Below, one piece after another: positions 1 to 10,002 of a stretch of DNA of 64,000 nucleotides. The position numbers were made by a program, and so were the translations under genes. Where the stretch lies: contig OZ252114.1 in assembly GCA_965248635.1 (NCBI GenBank), positions 213,838 to 277,837 of the forward strand, written 5' to 3'. The notes below the pieces were generated by a model that saw only the letters and a list, made by a program, of their open reading frames with translations, was not told the DNA's origin and did not search any database. The stretch is from Acidobacteriota bacterium. GTDB lineage: Bacteria; Acidobacteriota; UBA6911; RPQK01; CBDAPI01. Each line of letters opens with the position of its first letter. Position 1 is the first letter of the stretch.

Positions 1-137
1 CCGTCGAACTCCAGTCCTGGTTTCGCTTCTGGGCGGCAGAGTGCTTCTTTCAGGCCGTGGTACTACCCGGTGAAGACAGCACGAGTTCAGTTGATTCAAG
101 CCAGACCCGTGTGTAACATGCGCTGAGAGGAACTTCT

Positions 138-2117
138 TTGGTTCTCATACTGAAACGTCTGTTCCTGGGCCTCCTTTTCATCGGCGGAACATCTGCAATC
201 CTGCTGCTCTCTGACGTTAGGAGACGGACATCCGACAGATCCCGAGTGGAGGTGGCAATTCTCCAGTTCGCCACAAGTCCGTTGATGGATGCGGGGGTCA
301 AGGGAATGAGGGAGGCCCTGAACGATAGTGGTTTTGCGACGGCAGAGACGCTTGCCCTTCGGCTTTACAATGCGGAAGGGGACATGCCTACGGTCAACGC
401 CATCGCCAGTGAGATCACGAGTGGTCAGTTCGATCTGATCCTGACGTCGGGCACCCCGGCCATGCAGGCAGTTGCCAATGCCAACCGGTTGGGAAAAACG
501 ACCCATGTCTTTGGACTGGTCGCCGATCCTTTTGGTGCTGGCGTGGGAATCAGCCGCGAGAACCCTCTCGACCACCCGGCGCACTTGGTCGGGATCGGAT
601 CGTTTATTCCGGGCCGCCCGGCCTTTGAGCTGGCCCGACAAATGTTCCCGAATTTGAAGACCGTCGGCGAAGTCTGGAACCCCGCGGAATCAAACTCAGA
701 GGCCTTTACTCGGGAGGCTCGCAAGATCTGTGCGGACCTGGGGATCGAACTTATGGAGGCCAATGTCGACAACACGGCTGGCGTCTTCGAGGCGGCCAGC
801 TCGCTGGTCGCGAGAGGCGTCGAAGCTCTCTGGATTGGAGGCGATAACACGGTAGCATCCGCTGCGGACTCGGTTGTGGCGGCCGCTCGGGCGGGCCACA
901 TCCCGGTCTTTTCTATTCTAACTGGAAACGCGGAGCAGGGAGCCCTTTTTGAATCGGGGGCTGACTTCTACGAGGTGGGCCGACAGACCGGTGAATTGGC
1001 TGCCCGAATCCTGGGGGGAGCTGATCCGGCCACAATCCCCGTGGTGAATTCCGTCCCCGCAAGACTGGTCATCAATCGCACGGCGCTGAGCGGCTTACAT
1101 GACCCCTGGAGACCAACCAGAGAAGCCCTCGACCGTGCCCACAGCGTAATCGATGAGAGCGGCATCCGCACCAAGCCCGACCCTCAAGTCAGGGCGGCTT
1201 TTGATCGGGCCCCTCTGGCCAAGACATGGCAGCTGAGCATGCTGAGTTTCCATGAGACACCGACGACGGAAGAAGCTGAAAAAGGTGTTTTGGATGGTCT
1301 GCGCGAGGCCGGTCTGGTAGAGAGCAGGGATTATGTAATCGGACGCCTGAACGCTCAAATGGACATGGCCACTGCCAATAGCCTGGTGGATGCCGTAGTC
1401 ACAAAGAATTCCGACCTGTTGATCGCGATTACGACACCCATTCTACAGGCCTCCGTGGCCAGGGCGGGTCGCATACCGATCGTGTTTTCTCTAGTGGCAA
1501 ATCCTGTTCTGGCCGGCGCCGGGCGCTCCAACGAGGATCATCTTCCCAACATCACCGGAGTGTTCGTGGTGAGTCCCTTTGATGAAATGATGTCGGTTCT
1601 TCGCCAGTGCCTGCCCGAGGTTAAAGTGGTAGGCACTCTTTTCGCGCCGGCGGAGGTCAACTCCGTGTTCTATAAGGACCTTATGTTGCAGGCAGCAAAA
1701 CAGGCGGGGATCGAGGTCGAACTGATCGGAGTCAGCACCACCGGCGAGGTCGCCGACGCTGCGTTGTCGCTGTGTAGTCGAAATATCGATGCCGTCTGCC
1801 AGATCTCTGACAACATGTCCAGTTCCACATTCGTTGCCACTGCTGCAGCCGCGAATCGGTTCAAACTCCCTGTCTTCACGTTCAACACGAACCAAGCGGA
1901 ACAAGGGGCTGCTGTGGTGGTGGCGCGAGACTACTACGACGGGGGACGGGAAAGCGGCCTGCTTGCCGCTCGAGTCATGAGGGGTGAGGACCCCGCCACG
2001 ATTCCCTTCCAACCGACCCGAACTACCAGGGTGGTTGTGAATCTCAAGGCAGCCGGAGTTTCAGGACTCAGGATACCGCCCTCTCTCCTGGAGCGGGCCG
2101 ACAGGGTGATTCGATAG
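138..2117 (+). CDS. ABC transporter substrate-binding protein with two tandem homologous halves (COG2984-like), N-terminal signal/TM anchor
   Basis: 659-aa ORF. Hydrophobic N-terminus MVLILKRLFLGLLFIGG. Two internally similar ~300-aa halves (VEVAILQF... and TWQLSMLSFHET...), each typical of the periplasmic component of an ABC-type 'uncharacterized transport system'. The cognate permease and ATPase follow downstream. Confidence 0.6.
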   Translation: MVLILKRLFLGLLFIGGTSAILLLSDVRRRTSDRSRVEVAILQFATSPLMDAGVKGMREALNDSGFATAETLALRLYNAEGDMPTVNAIASEITSGQFDLILTSGTPAMQAVANANRLGKTTHVFGLVADPFGAGVGISRENPLDHPAHLVGIGSFIPGRPAFELARQMFPNLKTVGEVWNPAESNSEAFTREARKICADLGIELMEANVDNTAGVFEAASSLVARGVEALWIGGDNTVASAADSVVAAARAGHIPVFSILTGNAEQGALFESGADFYEVGRQTGELAARILGGADPATIPVVNSVPARLVINRTALSGLHDPWRPTREALDRAHSVIDESGIRTKPDPQVRAAFDRAPLAKTWQLSMLSFHETPTTEEAEKGVLDGLREAGLVESRDYVIGRLNAQMDMATANSLVDAVVTKNSDLLIAITTPILQASVARAGRIPIVFSLVANPVLAGAGRSNEDHLPNITGVFVVSPFDEMMSVLRQCLPEVKVVGTLFAPAEVNSVFYKDLMLQAAKQAGIEVELIGVSTTGEVADAALSLCSRNIDAVCQISDNMSSSTFVATAAAANRFKLPVFTFNTNQAEQGAAVVVARDYYDGGRESGLLAARVMRGEDPATIPFQPTRTTRVVVNLKAAGVSGLRIPPSLLERADRVIR

Positions 2118-2159
2118 TAGGCTCGATCACGCACGCTGACGAGTTCAGGGGTAGGCAGG

Positions 2160-3398
2160 ATGGAGACTAGCAAGCACCAACAGGAAGGATTCCTGGAAGT
2201 CAGGGTGAGTGGACGCCTGGATTCGCACTGGGCGGATTATCTGGCAGAAGAGGTCAGCCAGATCATTCAGCAAGGGACTCACACCATTCAGCTCAACCTG
2301 GCTGAGGTCCGTTATCTGAGTTCGGCCGGCATCGGGGTGCTGCTCAGGTTCCATAGGGAGTTGGCACGGATCGATGGCTCGATGCGCGTCTCCAATCCCT
2401 CACCAATGGTCAGGAAGGTTCTGGAGATTTCCGGCCTTGCCAAGACTTTGCTTCTTGACACCTCGGAAGCGTCCGAACCAGAAGCCGCACCGCCTCCGGT
2501 GAAGGAGCAGGAGCGGGATGGGGTTCGCTACCAGATTTATCAGAAAACTGCTGGCAAGTCCCTCGAATGTCGAATCATCGGCGACCCCTTGCGCCTGTCC
2601 GGTTGTCGGTTTGAGCAAGAGGACTGTCAAAGGGTGACTTTGAAAAGTTCCAGCTTCGGTCTGGGAATTGGGGCTCTAGGGTCCGATTTTGACTCGTGCC
2701 GAGAACGCTTTGGGGAGTTTCTGGCAGCGGCCGGAACCGCCATCTATGCACCCACCGATCAGACAGGTGCTCCTGATTACCTGGTATCAGCCGGGGAGAC
2801 GCTCTCCGAGATATCGGTGCTTTATGGCCTCATCTGCGAAGGGTCCCTGGCTCTACAGGCCCGTTTTGAAACTTCCCATCAAGAGGGACGGGTGAGTCTC
2901 AGTAGCGTGGCAGAAAGTTGTCTGGAAATTGCTGATTCGGATGTGGTGGGTCTGGTGCTCGTCTCAGAATCCGTTGGGTTGGGGGGAGCAGCCTTGAAGC
3001 GCTCTCCTGCACTGGACGCATCTCCTCAAGCCCCTTTCGAACACCCTGGAATCAGGCGTTGGCTCTCGTTCACTCCTGAACGGGTCTACGCTGGTTCCGT
3101 CAACCTGGTGGTTGGGGTGGCATTGAGAGGAGATGCCGGTGAGCTTGGCCCAATCGTGCGTCCGCTGGGCGAGTCAAACGGAACGGCCGGTCACTTCCAC
3201 GCTGCGGCTTTCACCTATGGTCCCGTGAAGCGCGGAGAAATTAACTTGCGAGAGACGGTAGCGACACTCTTTAGGACAGAGAGGCCTCTCGCCGTGCTTC
3301 ATCTCTTGCATGATAGTCGACCTATCCTGGGAATAGGGGAGAGCGAGTTTTCGCGAGGCGCCTGCTGGTTTGGACCGATCTCGAATGTGTCTTCTTGA
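2160..3398 (+). CDS. STAS-domain (anti-sigma-factor antagonist-like) protein with ~300-aa uncharacterized C-terminal domain
   Basis: The N-terminal ~110 aa (EVRVSGRLDSHWADYLAEEV...LSSAGIGVLLRF...MRVSNPSPMVRKVLEISGL) match the SpoIIAA/RsbV STAS fold. The remaining ~300 aa have no motif I recognise. The gene sits between the ABC SBP and permease genes. Confidence 0.55.
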   Translation: METSKHQQEGFLEVRVSGRLDSHWADYLAEEVSQIIQQGTHTIQLNLAEVRYLSSAGIGVLLRFHRELARIDGSMRVSNPSPMVRKVLEISGLAKTLLLDTSEASEPEAAPPPVKEQERDGVRYQIYQKTAGKSLECRIIGDPLRLSGCRFEQEDCQRVTLKSSSFGLGIGALGSDFDSCRERFGEFLAAAGTAIYAPTDQTGAPDYLVSAGETLSEISVLYGLICEGSLALQARFETSHQEGRVSLSSVAESCLEIADSDVVGLVLVSESVGLGGAALKRSPALDASPQAPFEHPGIRRWLSFTPERVYAGSVNLVVGVALRGDAGELGPIVRPLGESNGTAGHFHAAAFTYGPVKRGEINLRETVATLFRTERPLAVLHLLHDSRPILGIGESEFSRGACWFGPISNVSS

Positions 3399-3407
3399 GG
3401 AGTTGGT

Positions 3408-4345
3408 ATGACCCTTCTCATTGGTGCCTGGACAGTGGGTTTGATCCTCTCGTTGCTGGCCCTCGGCGTGTTTATCAGCTTTCGGGTTTTTCATTTTCCG
3501 GATATTACAGCGGATGGATCGATCACACTGGGTGCTTCTGTGGCGGCCGTCTTGCTGGTGGCCGGCGTCAACCCCATAGTCGCTACAGGGGCCGCCTTCG
3601 CATCCGGGCTGGTGGCCGGTGCGATCACGGGTGTTCTTCATACCAAATTCAACATACACAAGCTCTTGTCGGGAATTCTGGTCATGACGGCTCTCTACTC
3701 GGTCAATCTGCACGTGATGGGCAGAAGTAACATTCCGTTGATGTCAGCGACAACTCTGGCCACCTTTGCAGAGCAGATCGGGTCCAACATCCTGGGGACG
3801 GTGAAATTCTTCTGGTCTGGGGCTGGGAAGTGTCCAGGCGCGACGCGTCGGTTTGGGTCATGGCTTTGTTTTTGACCTCCTTGGTGGGGCTGGCAATGTA
3901 CGCTTTTTTTCGAACCAACCTGGGAACCGCGATGCGGGGGACCGGAGACAACGCCCAGATGATCCGTGCCCTGGGAGTCAGCGACGAGAATATGACGGTT
4001 CTAGGCCTCTCGGTCTCAAACGGCCTGATCGCTCTCTCGGGAGCACTGCTGTCTCAGTACCAGGGCTTCGCCGATGTGCAGATGGGCATAGGTATGGTTG
4101 TCTGGGGTCTGGCAAGCGTCATTATAGGGGAGGCCTTAGTCAGGACTCCGACCCTGGGTCTGACCATCACGGGCGCTGTCATGGGCTCGGTTCTATTTCG
4201 CCTGATGGTGGCGATCGCCCTGCGCTGGGGCTTGAATCCTAACGATTTGAAGCTCATCACCGCCGTTTTTGTATTCGCCGCTTTGATCCTCCCCACACTC
4301 CTTGAAAGGATTCGCGAGTCGCGAGCACGAGCCGCCAATGCTTGA
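3408..4345 (+). CDS. ABC transporter permease (COG4120-like), split into two frames (3408..3875 and 3830..4345) by a frame change near 3800-3840
   Basis: Polytopic hydrophobic sequence typical of the permease of this ABC family. The two overlapping ORFs together reach the expected ~300 aa. Either an authentic pseudogene or an indel error. Confidence 0.55.
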
Positions 4346-5149
4346 GATCGAAAACGTTTCCAAGACATTTCACCCGAACACACCGAATGAGGTTCGCGGT
4401 CTCAGGAACATCAGACTGAGCCTGGAGGAAGGTTCGTTCGTTGTCGTCATTGGCACCAATGGGTCTGGGAAATCGACCCTGCTGAATGCGGTGGCAGGGA
4501 CCTTCTGGTCGACTCGGGAAGAGTCACATTAGCCGGGGTTGATGTGACTGACTGGCCCGAGCACCGAAGAGCCGGGCTCATTGGCCGGGTCTTCCAGAAT
4601 CCCTTTAGTGGAACGGCTCCGAGTCTTTCCATCGCGGAGAACCTGGCGCTGGCTGCCCGGCGCGGCCTGCCCCGGGGGCTGGGGTGGGCACTGGCCAAGC
4701 AGGTCACGAGCGAACTGAGCGAGCGAGTCAAGACGCTGGACATGGGGCTCGAGGACCGGCTGGACAATGTCATCGGAAGCCTGTCCGGAGGCCAAAGGCA
4801 AGCTTTGACGCTGCTCATGGCCACCTGCCTGAAGCCCAAACTTTTGCTGCTGGATGAACACACAGCCGCGCTGGATCCCAAGAGCTCCGAGCAGGTGATC
4901 CGTATGACCCAGGAAACTGTCTCCAGGGAGAGGATCACGACGCTGATGGTTACCCACTCCATGCATCAGGCTGCCCAGCTTGGAGATCGCCTCTTGATGA
5001 TGCATGCCGGGGAAATCATTCACGACCTCCATGGAGCCGAAAAGCGACGTTTGCGACCCAGCGATCTTGTGGAGCGGTTCGAAGAGCTGCGGCGTGAAGA
5101 GCAGCTGGATGAGATCGCTGCTGAGATGCTCCGAGCCTCCTATGTTTGA
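4302..5149 (+). CDS. ABC transporter ATP-binding protein (COG1101-like), frame change near 4504-4510
   Basis: Walker A GTNGSGKST in the first piece (4302..4532). ABC signature LSGGQRQ and Walker B LLLLDEHTAALD in the second (4544..5149). Shifting one nucleotide at ~4506 restores the expected ...AGTFLVDSGRVTLAGVDVTDWPEHRRAG... junction. Confidence 0.7.
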
Positions 5150-5173
5150 ACGGGTCAAGAGAAGAGCAGGCGA

Positions 5174-5587
5174 TTGATGAAACTCAGTTCGCTCGAGTTA
5201 ACCAATCAGCTTTCGGAAATCGGAAAACTGACCGATCTCCTGGAGCAGTTCGCCGAGGCTTGGGGCCTGTCAGAGGACGTTCTCTTTGAAGCGAGTCTTG
5301 CGCTGGATGAGATCGTCAGCAATATCATCAGGCACGGTTACCCTGACTCAGGAGACCATCGCATCACGGTACGAATCGGGTTGGAAAAGGGCAACTTTAT
5401 CATGGAAGTCGAGGATGACGCCCCGGAGTTCAATCCCCTGGATGCGCCGGAACCGGACACCAGCGCTCCGCTGGAAGAGCGGGCCATCGGGGGCCTGGGA
5501 ATCTTCCTGACGCGCAAGCTGATGGATAACATGTCGTATAGACGCTTCGAGGGTAAGAACATCCTGACTCTGTCTAAGAAGTTGTAG
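5174..5587 (+). CDS. anti-sigma regulatory factor / Ser-protein kinase, GHKL ATPase (RsbW/SpoIIAB-like)
   Basis: 137 aa. HATPase_c-type motifs (DEIVSNIIRHGY; GGLGIFLTRKLMDNMSY) as in RsbW-type partner-switch kinases. Sits immediately after the ABC ATPase gene. Confidence 0.6.
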   Translation: MMKLSSLELTNQLSEIGKLTDLLEQFAEAWGLSEDVLFEASLALDEIVSNIIRHGYPDSGDHRITVRIGLEKGNFIMEVEDDAPEFNPLDAPEPDTSAPLEERAIGGLGIFLTRKLMDNMSYRRFEGKNILTLSKKL

Positions 5588-5589
5588 AA

Positions 5590-6687
5590 ATGTTAGATTC
5601 TAGAGCTCTGGAAAACCCGCGCCCAAGCCTGAGCAAGAAACGGCTTACTATCGCAGCGCTGCTCGTGGTGATGTCAATCGCCTGGGCGAACACCCCACTA
5701 CTGGCACAGCAAAGTCAGGAAACCCCTGGGGACCTCACAGATTTGACGCTCGAGGAGTTGATGGAACTGGATGTCCTTTTCGTCAACGTCCTGGGGACCC
5801 ATACCCATCTGGCAGGCGAATGGATGATTGGCTACAAGTTCATGTTCATGAGAATGCAGGGGAATCGAGACGGGACGACCAGGCAAACTGCGGGCGAGGT
5901 CCTCCAGAATTTTCCGGTCACTCCTACCGAAATGAATATGGCCATGCACATGTTCGAGTTGATGTACTCCCCGTCGAATGATCTTATGTTGATGGCTATG
6001 TTCCCGTACCTTGACCTTTCAATGGATCACCTGACCCGGTCGGGCGTACAGTTCACTACCGCAACCCAGGGAATCAGCGACATCAGCTTGTCGGGCGTAT
6101 ATACGGTGTATGGTGACGTGGAAAAAGGGGGGCACCGTCTTCTCGTCATTCCGGGATTGAGTTTTCCTACCGGATCCATTGACGAGAAAGGTGACACCCC
6201 GGCCGGGCACCAGCAGCTTCCCTATCCCATGCAGCTGGGTTCCGGTACGTTCGATCTGCTTCCCGGCTTCGCTTATTTGGCCGATTCCGGAAACTGGGCC
6301 TGGCTGACCGAGGCGAAAGGTACCATCCGGCTGGGAAAGAACAGCCGCGATTACAGCCTGGGGGATCAACTGCACCTCAATGCCTGGGTGAGCCGCCGGT
6401 TGACCAGGATGACCAGTCTGACCGCTCAGATTCAGGGGTTCATCTGGGGAAATATCGATGGAGCGGATCCCCAATTGAACCCGGCGATCGTCCCCACCGC
6501 TGATCCCAACAGACGTGGTGGAAAGAGGGTTGACTTCGTGTTGGGGTGGGACCTATATGCGCCGGAAGGGAGATTCAAGGGGAATCGGTTGGCGATCGAG
6601 GCAGGCGTTCCGATGTACCAGTCGCTGGATGGGCCCCAGCTCGAGAATGAGTGGCGACTGACCGCCGCTTGGAATTGGACTTTTTAA
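5590..6687 (+). CDS. Met-rich outer-membrane beta-barrel-like protein (putative transporter family)
   Basis: Signal peptide (TIAALLVVMSIAWANTPLLAQQ). Alternating amphipathic strands, and the last residue is an aromatic F. Several Met-rich stretches (FMFMRMQ, MNMAMHMFELMY, MLMAMFPY). Confidence 0.4.
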   Translation: MLDSRALENPRPSLSKKRLTIAALLVVMSIAWANTPLLAQQSQETPGDLTDLTLEELMELDVLFVNVLGTHTHLAGEWMIGYKFMFMRMQGNRDGTTRQTAGEVLQNFPVTPTEMNMAMHMFELMYSPSNDLMLMAMFPYLDLSMDHLTRSGVQFTTATQGISDISLSGVYTVYGDVEKGGHRLLVIPGLSFPTGSIDEKGDTPAGHQQLPYPMQLGSGTFDLLPGFAYLADSGNWAWLTEAKGTIRLGKNSRDYSLGDQLHLNAWVSRRLTRMTSLTAQIQGFIWGNIDGADPQLNPAIVPTADPNRRGGKRVDFVLGWDLYAPEGRFKGNRLAIEAGVPMYQSLDGPQLENEWRLTAAWNWTF

Positions 6688-7242
6688 ATGGCGAGGATAT
6701 TAAGGCCGGCTCCGGTTGCAAGCCTAATCCTGATGATCTCGTTCTCCCCGGTCGCTATGGCCCTCCAACCAGACCCCCAGCCCTTGCGCGAGTATCGCAT
6801 CAAAGCAGCCTTCTTATACAACTTTGCGAAGTTCGTAGAATGGCCGCCAGAAGCGTTCGAGGATAACGATTCTACACTCATTCTGGGCGTCTTCGGTGAC
6901 GATCCCTTCGGTGCAGCCCTTCAGTCCCTCAGGGGAAAGACGGTGAGGGGGAGGAGTCTCACAATCAAGCGATTTGACAGCCTCTTGGACCTGGACCAGT
7001 GCCATATCCTTTTCATCACATCATCTGAGCAGCAGCAACAGCAAAAGGCCTTGAACTCCCTCCAGGGTTCGAATGTTCTGACCGTCGGTGAGATGCAGCG
7101 CTTCGCTCAAATGGGAGGGATCATCAATTTCGTTGTCCGAAACAACAAGCTTCGCTTCGAAATCAATCTGGATGCCGGGAAGCGTGCTGGACTGATGATC
7201 AGCTCACAGCTCCTGAAATTGGCGGATTCTGTGGTTCAGTAG
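6688..7242 (+). CDS. YfiR/DUF4154-family periplasmic protein
   Basis: Signal peptide, then the hallmark [15 protein letters not shown] motif of DUF4154 (YfiR-like). The gene directly precedes and abuts a sensor kinase, as is typical for this family. Confidence 0.6.
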   Translation: MARILRPAPVASLILMISFSPVAMALQPDPQPLREYRIKAAFLYNFAKFVEWPPEAFEDNDSTLILGVFGDDPFGAALQSLRGKTVRGRSLTIKRFDSLLDLDQCHILFITSSEQQQQQKALNSLQGSNVLTVGEMQRFAQMGGIINFVVRNNKLRFEINLDAGKRAGLMISSQLLKLADSVVQ

Positions 7243-7243
7243 C

Positions 7244-9973
7244 ATGTCAGGATTTCGAGAACTGTCCATCAAGTGGAAGCTGACTTGGATCATCCTGGGT
7301 ACGAGTACGGCTGCGCTACTGTTGGCGTGTGTGGCGTTTGTCGGCTACGAGCTGAGTACCTTTCGGGATCGCATGATCCAAGAAGTCTCCACTGTGGCGG
7401 GCGTGATCGGAGAGAACAGCAAGGCCGCTCTCATCTTCCAGGATCCCGAGGCTGCAGAGGGAACCCTGGCAGCGCTGGGAAACGAGGAGCAGATCGTAGC
7501 GGCGGCGGTCTATGGGGCTGACGGCCTGCCCTTCGCAGCGTACTATCGGAGAGATGTGACCGATCATCTCCCACTCCCTGACCGGCCCGCGACGGGACAC
7601 CGATTCGAGAGCGATCATCTCGAGCTTTTCCAGGAGATCTTCCTCGATGAGGAGAAGATTGGCGCCATTTTTCTCCGTACTGACATGCGCGAGATGTATT
7701 CTCGCTTGAAGCGGTACGCTCTCATCGTCTCCTTTGTGCTTTTAACGTCCATTCTTTTTGCTTCGGTGCTGTCGGGACAACTCCAACGTGTGATTTCTGA
7801 CCCGATTATGGAGCTCGAGCAGACGGCCAGGAGAATCTCGGAAAGGAAAGACTATTCCAGCCGAGCCGAGAAACGCGGCGAAGACGAGATTGGGGTACTG
7901 ATCGACACCTTCAACGAGATGTTAGGGGAGATTCAGCAGCGCGATGTAGCCCTGTCCAGTGCAAAAGCGGAGGCTGAATCGGCGACTCGGGCAAAAAGCG
8001 TGTTCCTGGCAAACATGAGTCACGAAATCCGCACTCCCATTAACGGGATCGTTGGGATGACCGAGCTGGCTCTCGATACGCAGCTAACCCTGGTCCAACG
8101 GGAGTACCTCGAGATGGTGAGGGTGTCGGCCGAGTCCTTGATGGCGGTGATCAACGATATCCTCGACTTCTCAAAGATTGAAGCTGAGAGACTCACCCTG
8201 GAATCGACTCCCTTCGACCTCCAGATGGCGGTTGAGGAGTCAGCAGAAATATTGGCGATCAAGGCTGAGGAAAAGGCGATCGACCTCATCGTTCGTTACG
8301 CCCCGGGCTCCCCCCGACACTTCGTAGGCGATGTGGGACGCATTCGCCAGGTGGTCACGAACCTGGCCAACAATGCCATCAAGTTTACAGGTGAGGGGAG
8401 CGTAATGATCAACGTGGAATGCGACAACCAGACCGAGAAGGAAGCAAGCATGCGGGTGTCGGTCGAAGACACCGGCATCGGGATTCCCGAAGACAGACTC
8501 GAGACTGTGTTCGCTGAGTTCACACAAGCAGACCCTTCAACGACTCGAAAGTATGGCGGGACCGGGTTGGGATTGACGATCAGCAAGCAATTAGTCGAGT
8601 TAATGGGTGGCAGCATCGGCGTGTCCAGCCGGCTGGAGCAGGGATCGACTTTCTGGTTTACGCTTCTTTTGCCCTTGGACCCGGAGCCGGCAATTGTCCC
8701 TACGCCGGGGACAAGTCTGGCAGATGTCCGTGTGTTGATCGTGGACGACGATGAAATCAGCCGTCGCGTTTTGGCTGAGCAAATCATCAGTTGGGGAATG
8801 CGTGCTGACACTCGGGGTTCTGCTGAGGAGGGGTTGACAACGCTCCGCCGGGCGCAGGCAGACGACCAGCCCTACCAGGTCGCCATTCTTGATTACCAGA
8901 TGCCCGGAGCGGATGGCGAGAGTCTGGGGCTTGACATCAAATCCGATCCCTTGCTGAGGGACACCGTGCTGGTGATGCTCAGCTCACTGAGCCAGGGGAG
9001 TGATGAGGAGCGGATCTCGAAGGCGGGATTTGCTGCTTACATGCTCAAACTGGTGCGCCAGTCATTGCTTATGGACACCCTGGTCACAGTTTGGTCCGCC
9101 CACAAAGAGGGCGTGTCAACCGGTTTGGTCACCCGTTACACGCTGGCTAAAGCTGCCGCTGCCAGCAGCGACCTCCCTACCAAGACTGACCGGTCCGTGG
9201 GTGCTCGGGTGCTGGTTGCCGAGGATAACATCGTCAACCAGAAAGTTGCCCAGCGGATGCTGGAGAAGCTGGGTTGCCAGGTACAGGTGGTGGCCAATGG
9301 GAAAGAAGCAGTCGAAATTCTGGAGTTGGTTCCCTTTGAGCTCGTTTTTATGGACTGCCAGATGCCCGAGATGGATGGCTACGAGGCAACTGCTGAGATT
9401 CGCCGGCGTGAATCCGATTCACGTCACATTCCCATCATCGCTTTCACTGCTCACACCATGCGGGGCGACAGGGAGCGGTGTTTAGCGGCGGGAATGGATG
9501 ACTACATCCCCAAACCGGTGAAGTCTGAAGACCTCCGAAGAGTGCTTCAAGAATGGCAGGGAAGCGCCAATGCAGACCCTCCAGCGGGGGAGAGCTCCGA
9601 AGAGAATAAAGAGTCGGGAAAGTCCGTCGATCAAGCTGTGCTTGACGGGCTTCGGGAGCTCAACGAGGACGATGAACCGGACATTGTGACCGAACTGATC
9701 GACCTCTTTCTCCGCGATACGCCGCCGCGGCTGGCCGCTCTGAAGGACGCCATCAAAGAAGGGGATGCTCAAGCCCTTTCACGGACTGCGCACACGCTCA
9801 AAGGCAGCAGTGCCAATCTGGGAGCCACCCGACTGGCCGCGCTCAATGCCGAGCTGCAGAGCAAGGCTTCCGACGGCTTGCTCGAGGAAGCCAGCCGTCT
9901 GGTTGCTCAGCTCGACAGTGAGTTTGAGCGGGTACGCCATGTACTCGAGTCTGAACGGCTGCCCCCATCATAG
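7244..9973 (+). CDS. hybrid sensor histidine kinase/response regulator (TM sensor-HAMP-HisKA-HATPase-REC-REC-Hpt)
   Basis: H-box [17 protein letters not shown]-box [10 protein letters not shown] and [19 protein letters not shown]. Two receiver domains (VLIVDDDEI...; [11 protein letters not shown]...[11 protein letters not shown]). C-terminal Hpt ([13 protein letters not shown]). Confidence 0.85.
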   Translation: MSGFRELSIKWKLTWIILGTSTAALLLACVAFVGYELSTFRDRMIQEVSTVAGVIGENSKAALIFQDPEAAEGTLAALGNEEQIVAAAVYGADGLPFAAYYRRDVTDHLPLPDRPATGHRFESDHLELFQEIFLDEEKIGAIFLRTDMREMYSRLKRYALIVSFVLLTSILFASVLSGQLQRVISDPIMELEQTARRISERKDYSSRAEKRGEDEIGVLIDTFNEMLGEIQQRDVALSSAKAEAESATRAKSVFLANMSHEIRTPINGIVGMTELALDTQLTLVQREYLEMVRVSAESLMAVINDILDFSKIEAERLTLESTPFDLQMAVEESAEILAIKAEEKAIDLIVRYAPGSPRHFVGDVGRIRQVVTNLANNAIKFTGEGSVMINVECDNQTEKEASMRVSVEDTGIGIPEDRLETVFAEFTQADPSTTRKYGGTGLGLTISKQLVELMGGSIGVSSRLEQGSTFWFTLLLPLDPEPAIVPTPGTSLADVRVLIVDDDEISRRVLAEQIISWGMRADTRGSAEEGLTTLRRAQADDQPYQVAILDYQMPGADGESLGLDIKSDPLLRDTVLVMLSSLSQGSDEERISKAGFAAYMLKLVRQSLLMDTLVTVWSAHKEGVSTGLVTRYTLAKAAAASSDLPTKTDRSVGARVLVAEDNIVNQKVAQRMLEKLGCQVQVVANGKEAVEILELVPFELVFMDCQMPEMDGYEATAEIRRRESDSRHIPIIAFTAHTMRGDRERCLAAGMDDYIPKPVKSEDLRRVLQEWQGSANADPPAGESSEENKESGKSVDQAVLDGLRELNEDDEPDIVTELIDLFLRDTPPRLAALKDAIKEGDAQALSRTAHTLKGSSANLGATRLAALNAELQSKASDGLLEEASRLVAQLDSEFERVRHVLESERLPPS

Positions 9974-10002
9974 GCGACCCTATTCCCGCAAGTAGGTACT
10001 AG

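Noticed and set aside
96-641. 181-aa minus-strand ORF at the window start
   Set aside because: Antisense to the well-supported SBP gene.
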